A stretch of 64,000 nucleotides of DNA from Catajapyx aquilonaris (lineage: Eukaryota): positions 1-64,000 of the forward strand of contig KZ537956.1 of NCBI GenBank assembly GCA_000934665.2. The letters run 5' to 3'. Below are positions 35,201 to 50,200 of this stretch, one piece after another; position 1 is the stretch's first letter, and each line of letters opens with the position of its first letter. Below the pieces are notes generated by a model, which was given only the letters and a program-made list of their open reading frames with translations, had not been told where the DNA came from and ran no database searches. The position numbers and the translations under genes were made by a program.

Positions 35201-38200
35201 TCCTGCAAAATGCCCACCTTTTCCCACCTGGGGGCTCCGATTCATGTACCCCGCAGCTGCCGAGGATAAATGGAAAATAAGGCAGACTCGCTACGTTTAA
35301 TTGGTGAATCATGCCGGAAGCCACGGGGAGTCTTTTAAGGTCCATTTTCTACCTGGAGATTACCGTGACCGAAAAGGGACGGTTTCGTGTTTATAGTCCG
35401 GTTTAGTAAGAATGCATGGAGGTACAAATTCGTACCAGTGATATTCAATCATCTGAGAAATGCCCGCTCAAAGCACAAAAGGCCGCACCTCATTAATTCA
35501 AACTAATTTGGAGGAGTGATCAGTGGCGCCGGCGCCTCCGAAAACTTGCGAGGCTACACCTTTACCAGCATAATCCGGAGCCACAAGCTGAAGGAGCACC
35601 CCCCATTAACATATAACACCCAGCCGACCCCCAGAATGGATTGCCGTCACAGCAACGCGCCTTTGAGCCCGCCACCCTCTCATTAGACCTTCCTTCCGAC
35701 TCGAGAAAACCGCGGGCCCTGCAGATCACAGGGCTTGATAATATGCCCACCGGTAGCGCGCTCCGGTGAAATAATTTTCTCCGTTTTTTTACAGAATCCG
35801 TGAAATAATTTTTGGCTAAAACCCGAATTTTTTTGGCAGAATCTGGTCGGATTTGGGTGAAAAATCTGGCTGAATAAATATCAACAGGGCTTCGATCTGG
35901 TGCACTTACTCCACCCCCACTTTTTGGTCTCTCATGGCAACGTGCGAAGCATGAATGATTGATCTCCAGCTGTTTGCATGCACGTGTCTCCCACACAGAA
36001 AACCGAGTGCCCAAAAACCCTCAACCCTACTCCCCAGCGCAATTTCCGACTTCTCTTTGAGCCAGGCAGCCATAATGGAAAGACTTTTTTTTTCTTTTTT
36101 TTCCCGAAACCAACCAACCAACCCCCTCTTTTCTTTTTAACCCTCACCGTCATCTACCCGAGGGGCAGGGAAGTAAGTTTTCAAGCCCTGAACAAACAGG
36201 TAAAGCTAGGTTTATGGCACGTTTACGATCCATGGGAATGGAATTAAGCCTGCATGAGTTAGTTTCATATTTAAACTGGGGCGCCATTATTTTAAGCAGC
36301 ATACTATTTGTGGATACAAATCTAAATTGCACACTCGACGGCAGTTGTGATGAATCCGATCAATTGATAGCGACAATAATGGTCTATCTGTCTTCCTAAG
36401 CAATCTAGCACTAGTCAGAGCAGCCCTTTTCATCACTCATAAATGCATTTCTCTAATGAATTTCCTTTCAGCGAAGGAATTTTCAAGAAAAGAAACTGCC
36501 GATAAGGTGGAACTGACATCCAATGTGGGTGAAATACGATTACTAAGTCACAGGAAACCCATTCCAAGGGGGGAGGTCCAAATCAATAATTGATATCGAG
36601 CAACTTGCGAAGTTTTCAACTCCTTTAGCTATATCTAGTTGTCGAAAGGAACCGCGATTTTTTTTCTCAGTTTTTTGGTATATATTACTTGGTAGGGGGA
36701 GGTAGGGCCCCATTATGCGTCATGGAAGGGAGCTTGCCTCCGACCTGTGAACAATTATTTGGTTAGGCCTTTGGCCCCTAAGCACCAGAATCGCATGATG
36801 GGGGGAGGAAAGAGCCTCAGTTTCAGGGGAGAAAAAGGCTGATCGATAAGGCTCTCGTACACTGGGCAACATCTTGTACCTAAAGATTCAAACACCTAAA
36901 AGGATGGATTCACCCTCAAAAAAAAAAAAAATCATCCGCAAATTGCCTGGTCGTAAAATACGGGCGCAACTAGTGTAATCAGGTTAACACTTATCTAATG
37001 GAAACCTGCATCGTGGCCTGCTGATATCATACAATTACGCGTCGTATTTCAATCGTTTATTATTTTTGTTTTCATTCGGGACTGGTCCGGAACACTCAAA
37101 TCACTGTTCGTCGATGCCGTGATAAGATCGTGAGAAATTGGCGCTCATGCATTTATCAAATATGTATGAATCCAGCACTTTGGGAAGCCGAATTATAGGA
37201 CTCCCGCCTGTCATTTTTGGGATTATTCGCGTGACGACTTATGAATGTTTTACGGTTCCTTTCTTACCTTGAACCACATTCACAAGCGCGATTATTATTA
37301 TTATTACAGTTAATATTTTCCCGATTTCTACCTCATACTGCCCATTTTGTCGTTTCCATACAAAAAAAAGTCAAATACAGTGTGCTTTTTATATACAAAA
37401 TGGTGGGAGACAAATGAGGTATTCTCGCAAGTCCTGAAGTTTGTTTACGACGAAATGGCACCTCGATTGCACGCGTGATTTATGCCGTGTTTGTCTCCCG
37501 TCGAGGGTCCATTTTCCGCCAAAAAATATGATCGATGACATATCCAGACAAAGTGAAATATTTCTTAGTCCTTCTCCAGCACTCTTCTATTTGGTCACGG
37601 CCATGCTTTTAATCATTCACCCAAACGGCATTCGCTCCAATTGTAACCCGGGTTTTAAAATATGACTTCCGAAGCAGTTCAAGCATCGACTCGTGTTATC
37701 ATCCCGAGCCAATTTGAATTTGTGCCCACACTCTCGCCATCCGTCCACGTCACTTGACTGCAACTCTTTCGAAACAAGTTGAGGACCACCCTGGAGGATG
37801 AGGTGGCTCATATATGCTCCAGGCGTGACTAACACAATAGAATCATATGCGTCGTGCACAGCCTGATGTGTATCGACATACATGTTTTGGCTCGAGGTCT
37901 TCTGCAGTAGGTGCTGGCCAAGAAGTGTCTTTTGTTTCGGTGGCAGTGCTCGTCTCCACTGGGCAGGAAACACGACATCTCCGCTATAAGGGGGCTGTTC
38001 GGCCACATTTCCTGGCTCTTTTGGAGAGCGCCAAGGCAGGAAATCCTCAATACCGAACGGAGACTTTATTTTGGCCCCAAAAAGGACTGGATGGGAGCCC
38101 CCTCCTTGATATTTATTTTATCCCTACAGCGTGCATTATCTTGGAATAGTTCGGGTGTGATGTGACCAACGAGGTTCTGGCAATGATCCAACTCTCTGGT

Positions 38201-41200
38201 AAGTTGGCACCCGTCCGTTTGGAGGCGCACACAGCAAATACTGGTTACAAAATGGGTGGGTGACTTTATCCACTTCACTTCTGGCACGACGGGCTGCCGA
38301 GTTCATTGGAGATGCCTGACGCCTACTTGAGTGTGTGCAAGCCCGTGAAGCATTTGCTTGCCCCTTAGGGCGCTTCTGGAGCCTCATCATCACAAAGATG
38401 CCCCAGCCCAGAGTCCAGTCTTGTCCTTGGTAATTCGGCAAATATTTGTTTGCTTATAGCCCCAGTCTGGCTGGGCTTCCACAGCCAGGCCCTAAGCGAC
38501 GTAATGAGAAATCCCGCCTAATTAGAAGTGGAATAGGCTTATAAATCACAGGGGCCGGATGGACTTGGGCAACCTTCGTACCAACCGGCACGATCACGCT
38601 CACTTCAGTAATGGCGACTCCGCGATCCCGCACTTTCTCTCCCGGGTTATTACACCCCTCGACATCTTGGTCACTCAGCTCGACATCCCCTCCCGATACT
38701 CTTTTCCTCTCACGTAAAAGGCTAATGCGAAAGTGCCGTAAGCCGGCAGCTGAAAATTAATGAGGGGGCGCCACTTGATACGTCCTTAGTGGGCCAAAAA
38801 ATGTTTGTTCAAAAAATTTTCAACCAAAGTGCCTCTGCGCATTATGCAAATTTGTTTTCAGTCTTAGACTTGGCCAAAATGTCTCCTCAGTTTTGGAGGG
38901 GGGGTCAGTGATGCCATCGGTTCCAGGGCATAGAGAGGCGGCTCTCGTTTTCATGCTTGTGTTCCCTTCATCAAGGCAATGCTAATCCTTGATGTCTCCC
39001 CGGGGATGAAGCCTCGTTGAAAACGAACAGGGGGGGCTTCCGTGGACTTGATTCCAAGAGGAGGAGGAGGAGGAGGAACCTAGGGAAGGGAGGCAGCTCC
39101 AGATTACCCCTTTCACCTCCACGAGTTATTTCATCAGTGGAATTGATTTTGTACAAATTACGTAGCAGGCAAAGTCAAATTATTCCTGATTGAATTGCAA
39201 TGGGGGAAAAGGGGGAGAGGCTATGGTTAAAAGGCCGGGTCCCACTGGCTGGGAATTGAGTTCCTGCAGAAGAGAGGGGTTGTCGCCATGCCCCCTGACG
39301 ATATAGATCCATCGGGGGACCCCGCACAATGTGTCCTGGCAACTTCACCGAGGCACGTACCTCCTCCAGGCGGCAGATGAGGCATCACAATATCATTGAT
39401 CCCAATCCCTTACATTTGAATTCAACCCTCATGCGCGGTCCAAACCCAATAAAAGAAGCTCAATTCCTATGGGCATCTTGCAGCAGGACTCATTACGCCC
39501 AGTGTTTGTGGCCAGCGCATGCATCGGCACCACATATGACAGGGTTGCCAACTTCTGGACACCCTGACCAGGCTGTGGCATGCGCGTGGAGGCCCCCACG
39601 ATTAGACTTAATTAAAAAGAAGGCTCCCCTCCGAGCACCACAGTAGTTCCCCTCTAACCCGGCGCTCCCCAACCCAAATTCCCCCATACTTTCTGGCTCC
39701 GTCTCTTGCGCACAGGAACCATTTCCCAGGCTGACGGCGGCCTGCAAGCCCAATAAAGGGCCCAACTTTGGGACGACGAGCTTTGCATCCCTCATTTGGG
39801 AAATTTTTGATTTCAGCTGCTTCAAAGGAAAAACTTTTTTTTTCCATCCCTCGGTGCAGGAAACCACACACACACACACACAGAGGGGAAAAAGTGGATC
39901 GGCCTACGTAACTAGTGGTCTGAAGGGAGCAGTTTTACTGCAGAAGCGATCTGTGACGCAAAAGAGATATGTGGGACTGGTAGGGGGAGGAGGGGTGCAG
40001 GGAGAAGAACGCACTTTACAAACCGGTGCTTTGCAACCAGTGCACGTAGTCTGGAAGTGCCCGAAGCTTCTTCGTTCTTTAAGCCTCTGGAGGACCACAA
40101 ACGCAGTGATTCATCTCAAAAGCAGCAGGGAGACAGAAGGAAAAGAAGGCCAGAAACTTGGACCCCCCTATCCACCCACCCACCCACCCATCACACAAAA
40201 AAAGTTTTGTCACGCGAGTGTGTTCCGAACTAGCTGAAAGTCCGTCTTACAAGAGGAATGGTTCCTGAGCCAAATTGTACTCCTTTTTTTGTCATTCATG
40301 GAACACTGGATCGCTCCCAGAGGACTTTTCTATTCCCAATTTTTGCTCCATAGATCAAGATTTTCCTCCCTCGTCTTCTCCTTCTGCTCGGTCGGGCGCG
40401 TCATAGCTTAATTTCCAGTGTCGACTCTGTGAATGACGTGCGGGCATATACCCCAAGAAATATACATTGTTGCAATTTGTCAATATTGTAGTCCATGATC
40501 GCAAACAAACAGTGGCTGCAGCGGGTTGCAGTGATGATTAGTATTAATTACTCCGGCGGCAATTGCTGTAAGGAATCCGGGGCCCACCCGACCTTGTTTC
40601 CACTTCTCCAGAGCAGGTAAGCAATTTGCAGCAACCTTGATTCCCACGTAAGAACCCGGCCTCCCCCGTCTCCATCTCTATAAGAAGAAGAAGAGAGGAG
40701 CCTACATGTAGCCTGGGGTCCCTCAATAAAATTAATTCCAAAACCTGGACCACACAGTGGAGGAGCGGGGCCCAACTGCCCCGACTACCCGCCTCCCCTG
40801 CCCCGCCCCGAGCCCCCCATCCTTGGAAATATACTGCCCACCTCAACAATCCAACCTTGGAACACAAACCGATATAATCCCCAAAATATCTCTTGGAAGG
40901 TGCGGGGCGTTGTTTGTGATTGTTCAAATGGCCATAGTTTTGAAAGGGGACGTTCGCGTGGAAAAATCTGTGGATGGGGCGGGAGTTGTTTTTAAGTCTG
41001 ATTACAAGGGCGGGGCATAAAAATCTGTATAAATTCGTAATTAATTGCCGATGGCTCGGCTATTATTGCCCTAAGCGGCTTACGCGCCGGGTTTAATATT
41101 TCACGGGTGTACACAGGGTAATGCTGAGGTAACTCATGAACACAAAATTAATAACTAATTGCCTCCCCTGCCTATAGTCGGAATATGTAAATGTGTGTGG

Positions 41201-44200
41201 GAATATGTGACTGACAGTGTTGCACACTAATAATGGCTCTCTGAAAAAGCGAAACAAGGCCAGATAATGAATTCTCCTCATGCTTTAAGTTTAATGAACT
41301 TTGCCACTTTTTTTTCTCTCCCTAGTGTCCGTGGGTGAAGAGGAAGCTTGCTACTGCCCAGTTCTCAGATTTCATGCCATGTCCGGCACTCCTATACACT
41401 GTCCATATACATCCGGTACCCAATCCTTCATGTACTAGCCGCACTGTATCAGCACGTGTGTCTAAAATATCGATTCCACAAACGTGGTAATTTTATTCCA
41501 TTTTTTCCCCCAACCTGAAAACAAGCCCAGGCGTATCCCCACTGCCCACCCCCACATTACCGATGTCAAAAAATACCCAAGGGAAAGTCGCAGGCGGAAC
41601 AGTTAATGCAATATTTAAAACACCCAGGTGGTAGAGAGAGAAAATGAAAAAGTCAAACAAAGGCTATCATGACGATGGACGCTGGCGAAAAGTGTTATTT
41701 CCAGGACTCGCTGCATGGCGTCCCTCCGCCAAAAGCCATTTTCCCTTGGTGGTGTAGGTGAAGGAGGAATTGCCCGGTCGTGTATGCCAGATACCTTCCA
41801 ACAATTAGCACGAATGGCAACCCTAATTGATGAATGCTGATCATCATTTTTTTTAAAGCAGTTTGAATCGTGAGTCACGGCAGCTTGGTGGCAAAACTTT
41901 TAAAAGTCGTGATGGGTCCAACAATGGAGCGGAATATTTTTTTTTGCAGAAAATATTTTTCACGGCCGCCCGACTTTCTGCTTGCCTCGAGACAGAATCT
42001 AGACATCTCTTTTCGTCCCGTCGGATGACACGTTGAAAGGCGGAGGACAAGACGAATGGCGGCAAAACTGGCAGGACGGGAGCGGCCTAAAAATATTCAA
42101 AGACACAAAAACTGGCTCCAAAAATTTGGAATGATGACGTCGACTATTGCTCTTTTGGAAAAAAAAAAAAAATGTTGCGAAGACAAGTGAAGCGAGTACT
42201 GTTGGGGTGTGGTTGTGGTGGTGGTGCAGCTCAGGCTGCCTCTTGCATGCAACTTGTGAGGGCAGCTGTCGAGGGCAAAGCACCTCCCCGACCGCTGCCT
42301 AATTACGGGGTGCACGTGACGTTCCCAACAGTGCTGGCATCGAGAGAAGAGAGAGCTTGGGATATACGTTGTATGAAGGATTGAGCGGGAGATGTGCGGC
42401 CTGTGAGAGGCATTCTCATTATGCCAATTCCTCCTGGAGACGCCCCGGTTGTCATGCCCAGCAGCAGCCGTTTGTCGATATGTCACGCTCCTCTTGATGA
42501 GCTGGGAAATGGTGCTCGGGTGCAACAAAACTGCACTTAAACCTGCTGCAATTATGGCGGACAGGTTGACTGTAATCCGACTGACCAGTGTACCGCCTTC
42601 TTCCGACAGTGTCCATTCTTCTCCACGCTCTGGTTCGAGCTAAACGGAGCCTCTCTTCCACTTGGGTGGGCCAATTTTTTGGTACAAAACCCGTCCGAAA
42701 CACCCCGCAAAAAAACAACAAAAAGGTACTCACCGTGTTCAGTTGGCCGATGGCGATGCGATCCGGCAGCACTTGCTCGAAATCGATACACTGCTGTCCA
42801 GATCCAAATGACAACCACCTTGGAGAACTGTGCATTGCTTTCTGACATGCTCCACGTACAGTACACCTGAAAAAAGAGACGCAAAAAAGCCGTCAGTTGA
42901 GTACACACATGCTATAACAAAACCACACAGAAATATATGATTGCTTTCCTCCCGTTCACTTGACATTAAGCACCGTTTGCGTAGCCGTGACGCAGTGCTG
43001 CGTCCATCCCCCCAACAGAGGCTTTTGTTTTAGTTGAGTTGGCTCGTGTTGACCATATTCACGCCCGGTAACTCCCAGCCACTTCTCTCGCAGCCAGACC
43101 GACATATGTTCCGACACATAAACCGCACCCTCGCGTTACATATGCTTTCAATGCTTGATGTCCAGTTTGACTTGCTACGTTTCAAGTCAAACAGACTGAA
43201 CAAAAATTGTTTGCCTTCCTCTCTCTGCCTGCTACCAGCATGTGTACAGGGTGTGCTATAATTCAGCTACCAGCATGTGACATAATGTACCTTACTGCCA
43301 GCCGCTTTCGCCCAGTTTCCAAAATCAACCTCCTGCGCCCACAAGCACTCCCGCAAATCCTCCTGGGCTCCAAATTTAACATTCCCTCCCAGTGTTTTTC
43401 TTCCTGGAGAGAGAGAGAGAGAGAGAAAGGACCTGGAAGACACACACAGCCATTTCTTCTTCCCCCACCATCTCCAAGGGCTCCACCCCTTCCCTTAAGA
43501 GCAGAGACACTTGTGTCCCTTGTTTTTATTGTAATGGAAAGCACTCTTTGCTGCCGGTAATTAGATTCTTTGCTCGTTCTAATCGACTTCCGCCTTTCGG
43601 AAAGAAAAAAAAGGAGAAGAAGAGGGTCGTGGTGGTGGGTCCCTATACCGACGGAACACAAGGGCTTTCCACGGCTCCCAATCAACTCAGGAAGGGAGCC
43701 AAACCAGCAAGCAAGCTCAAAGGCTCCGAGGGGAAATCTCTCCTCTTGCACTTATTCGGACTCATGTTTGAAATTTTCATGGTTCTTGCCAGGTCGGGAA
43801 AAGTTTTGTTTCCACAAATCTAACTGGCCATTTCCCAGTCCGATTTTCGCACCTGGCAGACCTCGAAACCGGAGCCGATTCCAAATAGGTAAGCCTAAAT
43901 CGTTTAGCTTGAATAGGGCGGGTGGAAAACACCCGGTTCTCTTCACGATGTCATGTAACCACCCATTTACTGATTGGCTCCGAATGGCCGGGGATCCAAT
44001 CAGCAAATGGCTGGGCATGACGTCATTTAATACCGTCGTCAATTGGATCGTTCCAGATTAATGTATGCAAAATAAAACTTTCAAGAAAAAGTTCGATATT
44101 ACCTTCCGTCCAACTAAAAAAAACAGGTGGGCGCAATATATTACTCCTGAAACTTTCATGGTAATCGGATTGAAGCGCCATTTTTTTCCCCATGGTAATT

Positions 44201-47200
44201 TAATCCCTGAATTTCCAGCCCAAACGTTGTCAAAATGGTTTCCCATCTCCGGCACAGCTCGAGTATTAAGTCAACGGAATGAGCGTAAGCAAAACGAATG
44301 TTGGCACCGACATTGTGGGTACCGGAGCCTTATCGCATCAAAGCCCCATCATTTACGCGTACAAATTATATTATTACTTTTTTTTTTGTAACACTCGCAC
44401 CTTTTGATGGTTGCGTGTTTCTAAACGATTGTAATGCGTGATCCCCGCCCAATGATCCAGTCAAAATGTTTCAGGCTGCTGCAAGAGCAGCTGATGTTTT
44501 CCTCCTCTCCCATAGAAAAGCCTATAGGATCAATTCTGCTTAAATTGCGACCGACTTTCTGGTTTCTGTGGGAAAATCTGGGGAGAAGTTTCTAGAGTTT
44601 CGATATGCTTAGTTCCGCCGTCAGACGCCTTTGAAGATCAGGAATCGGTCTTACAAAACACTTATCATCCGCTTTGTAGCAATTGGCGTGAGCAAACTTT
44701 CCCCGGGTACACTACTTGCGTATGCAAAGCACTGTTGGTTTGTCAGAGCTGACATTTGCGCGATAGAGAATATATGCTGGGCGGGCTAATGGTGCTATAG
44801 CATGGATCTAATTATCCATTACTGTGACGGCAGATTTGGGCATTAGAATATCCAAATGCTGCGCACTTTATCACGGAACAAAACATTGTGGCGTGGAATG
44901 GGCGGGAATAGATTAAACTGCGGCAAGTCCCTTGTTTACATGTAAATATGCGAAAGCTGGCACGGATGATTGCAAAGGGCCTGGCCAGGCCACTGCACTC
45001 AGTTTTGCAAATACTCTCGGTGAATTTGTAACACTGCCGTGTTACATATCTTTTTTTCGCCCATCCTTTCGAAGCACTTGATTGAATGGTCCGCTCCAAA
45101 AGGGTTATGCCCGCAGAGTTGTACTGAAGCAATTATTCCAGAGCGACGCGACGAGAGCTACAATTTTCATAAAGTGCTCAAATGAGCAATCGCCTTTTTG
45201 TACTGTCGGTTTTAATTGGGAGAAAGACAGAACAAATCGGGAATGACTCCGAAAAATAGCAGGCTTCAGGGCCCTCTCATGCCACCATGGTTGAATCAAA
45301 GACACTTTTATTTTTATTACGTGCAGCAATTAAGGGAGGTGGCCCACCATTTTACATCCAACCGTAATTCAATTCAACCAATGATACCAGTTGTTCATCT
45401 GGATCGACTGCCTCTGGCACTGATCTAACCTGTTTCACTAAGCTCTTTCGGTATTAATGTGCCTCCCATAAAACCCAAAGCATGTCCCAGATCTACCGTA
45501 GAAAAAACCGGGCAGTAGAATGTACAAAGATTAGCTCAAAAATATTGCCAACAACGTATGTTCTGCCTATTGAGCAAAAAGGCGTCACTAAATAGCTTTC
45601 ACTTGATAGAATGTTTCACTTGCTCGAGCAAAGCAGGGTCGGGAGAGGAAGGAGTTGAGAGCCGGTCCTCTGGGATGGGACCCCCCAAAATGTTCAAATG
45701 TTGGGACTCAGCTTTTGGCATAACTAATAACCCAGAGACACACACAGAAAAGTGTTGCGAGCACGAAAATGAAGAAAATTTTGTTGGGGGGATGATTGAA
45801 TTTGGGCAAAGTTGGCGTCGCCAGGATTACTTCCAGCGACGTAATTCCGTTGAGTGAGGAGAAATGGGAGGAACAAGACCCTAAAAAAGTGGGGCCGTCA
45901 GATGGAAAACTTGTCGTTCACTTTCTTTTCGGTTTTTTTTCCCTCAAAAGGGAGGGCTATTTCATCCCATTCCTCATCCACTTAAGCTGTCCCTCAACAA
46001 ACTTTGCAGCGATTACGACTAAGCCTCGGCAAATCATATGCCGCGAAGATGAATTTTTCATTACAACTCCTCCAAATATGTAATCATCGCCCACTATTTC
46101 AGTTTCCACGAACGAATTGTCCGGGTATAAAAATTTTATAATATGATATCCTCCCAAATTATGCCAACAGAGTAATGCTTTCTGAAAGTTAGGTGCCGCC
46201 ACAACCAGCGCTGTATGCAAAATTTGGCCAACTCCGAACTCGAAAAGGTCCTCCCCCGGTTAATGCCCCTCGTCCCACGATGTTTCAGCAGCCAAATATG
46301 ATATGTAAAGTGAATTATCAGCCACATCGATTTTCGGCCGAGTTGCATATAGGACGAGGTCCTGCCTATGGAAACCCCCCTGTATTTTTTTTGGCCAAGT
46401 GACTCTTGTACCAGCCAACACATCCAGCAAGGGAGGTCCCCCCCCCTCCCATTTCCAACAGCAAACACCGGCTAATGAGTTTGCGAATGTGCTGATGTTT
46501 GTATGAACCTGGCTGATCGTCTGGGTATCTGGTACATAAGCGCACACTACAAAATGGCCGGGGCTTGAAAAGACGGTTTGTTGACCCTCGCCACTGTTGC
46601 CCTTCCCCCCAAAAAAGAGCATAAATTCCTCCCCAAAAAGGGACTTTTTGAAGGCTTCTAAGTGCTTATCCTACAGGATGCGAACCCCTAGCCCTGTTTG
46701 GATACAAAATATTTTTCCTCCACGTTGCGACCAAATATCTTCAGGCACGGTTTGCAATTACTTTTTTTTTTTTTGCAAACACCCCGATTAGTATAACCCT
46801 GTCCCCTTTTTTGGGAGTCACTGCAACAGGCTGCTCTTTTGGAGGTTACAGTGCTTGAGCTCTAGCTTCATGAACGGCTTGTCTATGGATCGTAAAGCTC
46901 CATTTCGCGTCTGCAGCCGAGAGGGCCAGCTGAGAATCAAACGACCTCCGCTTTGTTGCCCTTTTTTTCCCTAAAAGTCTGGTGGTGTTGGTTGAAGCCT
47001 CGACAACCGACTATCTGTTTGGCGTTAATGTGGGAATCCTTGTTCAGAGAAGGGGGGGGTTCCTGGCAAGTGCACTCGCTTTGGCACCAGCCGAAAACAA
47101 ACCCCGGGCCATTTGGCACCGTCGCCACGAGATGTGAATCCCTACAAGAGGAGAGGGCGGGCCCCTCCTAAGTAGAATCGAACCGTGCCCGGGACTTTTC

Positions 47201-50200
47201 AGATACTAAATGACATGTTTCCCCGACTCTTAAATTTCGGCGCAATCTTTACTGCCGGCTGTAAGCGTCACTTTTGGCCCCCGCGACACTGGCGCTGGAA
47301 ATAACCTGGAGTTTTGCTGTTGCTCTCCCAGCCCTAGGGGGATGAATGTACCAATTTTTGTGTGTTCGGTCCAGTGTGCTTGATTCAATTGACGGTCCCT
47401 GCTGACATACCCGACCGCCCCGAGAATAAATAATATGTCGGCCCACAAGTGCCACGAAGAGGACCCCGCCCCTCAGGAACGCCGATGTGAGAAATATTAT
47501 TGTAACGCCGGAAAGTGTTTGTTATTCCGAGGTCTCCGGCCGGAGCCAAGACGCGGAATGAAGTGGAAGGCCCTTCCTTTCTCGCAGGGCTTGACTGATG
47601 GAAAACCTACAGACTCGCGAACCCAAAGCCGGCAGCAGTGCATTAGACGGGGGGGTCCCTCTAATGGAATTGCTATTTGCCAGGTCGCCTATCGAATGAA
47701 TCGAGCCCCCTCCCCCTCCCACCAGAAAAAAAACCAGCGTCTTTTTCTTCAATTTACTCCGCAACTTGTAATCCTCCCTGGAGGTACTTACTTGCGCCCC
47801 TTCCCTTAGCAACTCCAGCAACACCACCACATCAAAAGGGACACGCTAATGAGCTTCAGGCTAATCTCTTCATTGGAGGGGGATGATGCTAACTGCCTCT
47901 TTTTCTAATGAGAAACTACAAATGTGCGTAGGAAATAAAATGCGGGGTGTTTGTTACCCCCCTGCATACCACCGGGGGTGTAATTACGGCGTGTTGTCAA
48001 GTTGTCCTCTGCATTGCGTTCCATTCAAATGCATTCTAGGGGGTGGTGGCTGGTGATGAGAGAGATCCCAGGTCCAGGGGATTCATTACGAATGCATATT
48101 CAGCTACATCCTGTTATTAGCATGGGGTGGTGAAAAGTATAACCCCACCACCACCACCACCATGGCTGCTTTTCCCAAACGCATTTTGGTGCTGGCAGGA
48201 ACGGGGGTAGAGAGTAATCTGTAAATAATTAGCATGGTTGCCACCAGCATCCCTGGGTAGGGAAAACCCTCGGCATATTTCACGACAACGGCAAAAAAAA
48301 ATCTTATTGTAAAACATAGCTTACAGTGCATGAGCATGGGAAAGAATCTGGGTGTGCGTTCCAATATAGCAATCACGCAGTTCATCAACACCGAACAGCT
48401 TGTTAATGAAACTTATTACGACACGGTAGCCACAATAATTGGCACTAAACAATCACGCAGTTATGCAGAGCCCCAGATCGTGAGTACATGGGAGTAAATT
48501 AAATAACCTGTTTCCCTCCCGCTCCTCCCCCCTCCGGTTAGCCGCGTTTTGTCACCTGCCAGTTGCGTTGTTTCTCTTTCAAACACTAAGCGCACTTTTT
48601 TCCAAGGAAAACAATCAAATGAAAAGCAATGTCCTATGTTCGCACCACCGGGAATTGAAAAAAAAGAAGGATCGAACCTAGTTGAAAGGCACGCACACAC
48701 TCACGCAGTTTGAGCTAGAATTTTTTTTATTCGAAAAAAACCCTGAGCACACACAACCCGGGGCTTCCCACAAGCGACAGGGTCTGGGGGGGATTTCAAG
48801 GGTTTCGCCCTGGGCGGCAAATGAAGGAAAATAATACCCGTCCCGCCGGGGTGTCCTAACTACAATCCCGGCTCGCTGTAACTATGCCCAATGGAGCGCC
48901 CCGGGGAATGGGAATTGGGAGCCAGGGTGCAATGGAAAGGGGAGATTCCGGGCTTCACAGCAATGCAACCTGCATTCTCCAAATTTCAATAGAGGAACGT
49001 GTGTGCGTGTGTGTGTGCCAACCACCCACCCATTCGACCCCCCCACCCTATGCAATCTCTTTCCAATGCAGTTCCGCCATACCGATGGAGACTGAATCGG
49101 TTCGGTTTTTTTTTACAAAAAAACTGGGGGGGTATACTTGTCGAGTTTGCCGCCAACACGAGCCTGGGCTATTGATTAGGTCAGCACTCATTGGGGGCGA
49201 TGCGAGAGATGTCCATGTCACGGGGTCCGTACAAAAAAAAATATATGTGATGGCATATACGTGTGTCTGGCAGTGAGGCCCCCAAATAAACATCCGAACG
49301 TTCGTCGCGATGAGAAGTCTCCAGACCAGCAGGCAAAGAAAACAACCCCCGAAAAGAGAGATGTTCTTTCGGAGAGAAGGGGAGGAAAAGTCGCTTCTTT
49401 TCCTTTTTTTCTGTTCCCTTCCCCCCCATCCTGTTTCTTCCTGATGGAGAAGCGTGTATCTTTCCGCCGAATGTACAAAAAATAGACGTGCTGGAATGAG
49501 AGGATGACAACTGGAAAAGGTGACGGGCAGGTGCGCTTCTTTTGCAAAAAGGCATTTTCTTTTTTCACAGAAACGGAAACTGACAGTCGTGGCAATGCCG
49601 CGTTTCATAACATAACGCGTCCCATAATTTTGTGGGGCAGGTGAATGGAAACATTACGAGCTGTAATGCGCCTCGACTCCTGAAGCGGCCATAACTTTGC
49701 TGCCCCCAACAACGAAACGTACAGCACTAAAAACCTGGAGCAAAAGCTGCCCCGTGCGGAAATGAGTGGAAATAATGCTACATGAAATATGCTGGAAGCA
49801 GTATCTGGCACCGCGTGAGGCCCCACGAAAACACCTGACACGCACGCCACTTCGAAGAACTGTTCCTTCACAGAAGCAACCCCAGTACAATGAGTGTCCG
49901 CCCTTTGAAACTCAATTTTTCAATCACCTTGTTTGACATTAATCGTAAATTCGTGTGTTGATATACTGTAAATAATCTACATTTTTCGCTTCGAGTTTGA
50001 AATGGCCACATATGGCGCCTAATTTTAATATAAAATTTTACGGCTTCCAACATTCTTTACATATTCTTGCTTAGTCCTTTGTGCTACCCCGCCATTAGCC
50101 AGTTCTTTTAACCATTCACTCCCGCCGCTCTTACTTATCCTCATAAACACGGGCTGCCCATGCAAAAGGTGCGGCTACCTTATATTAGAGCTTTGCACAA

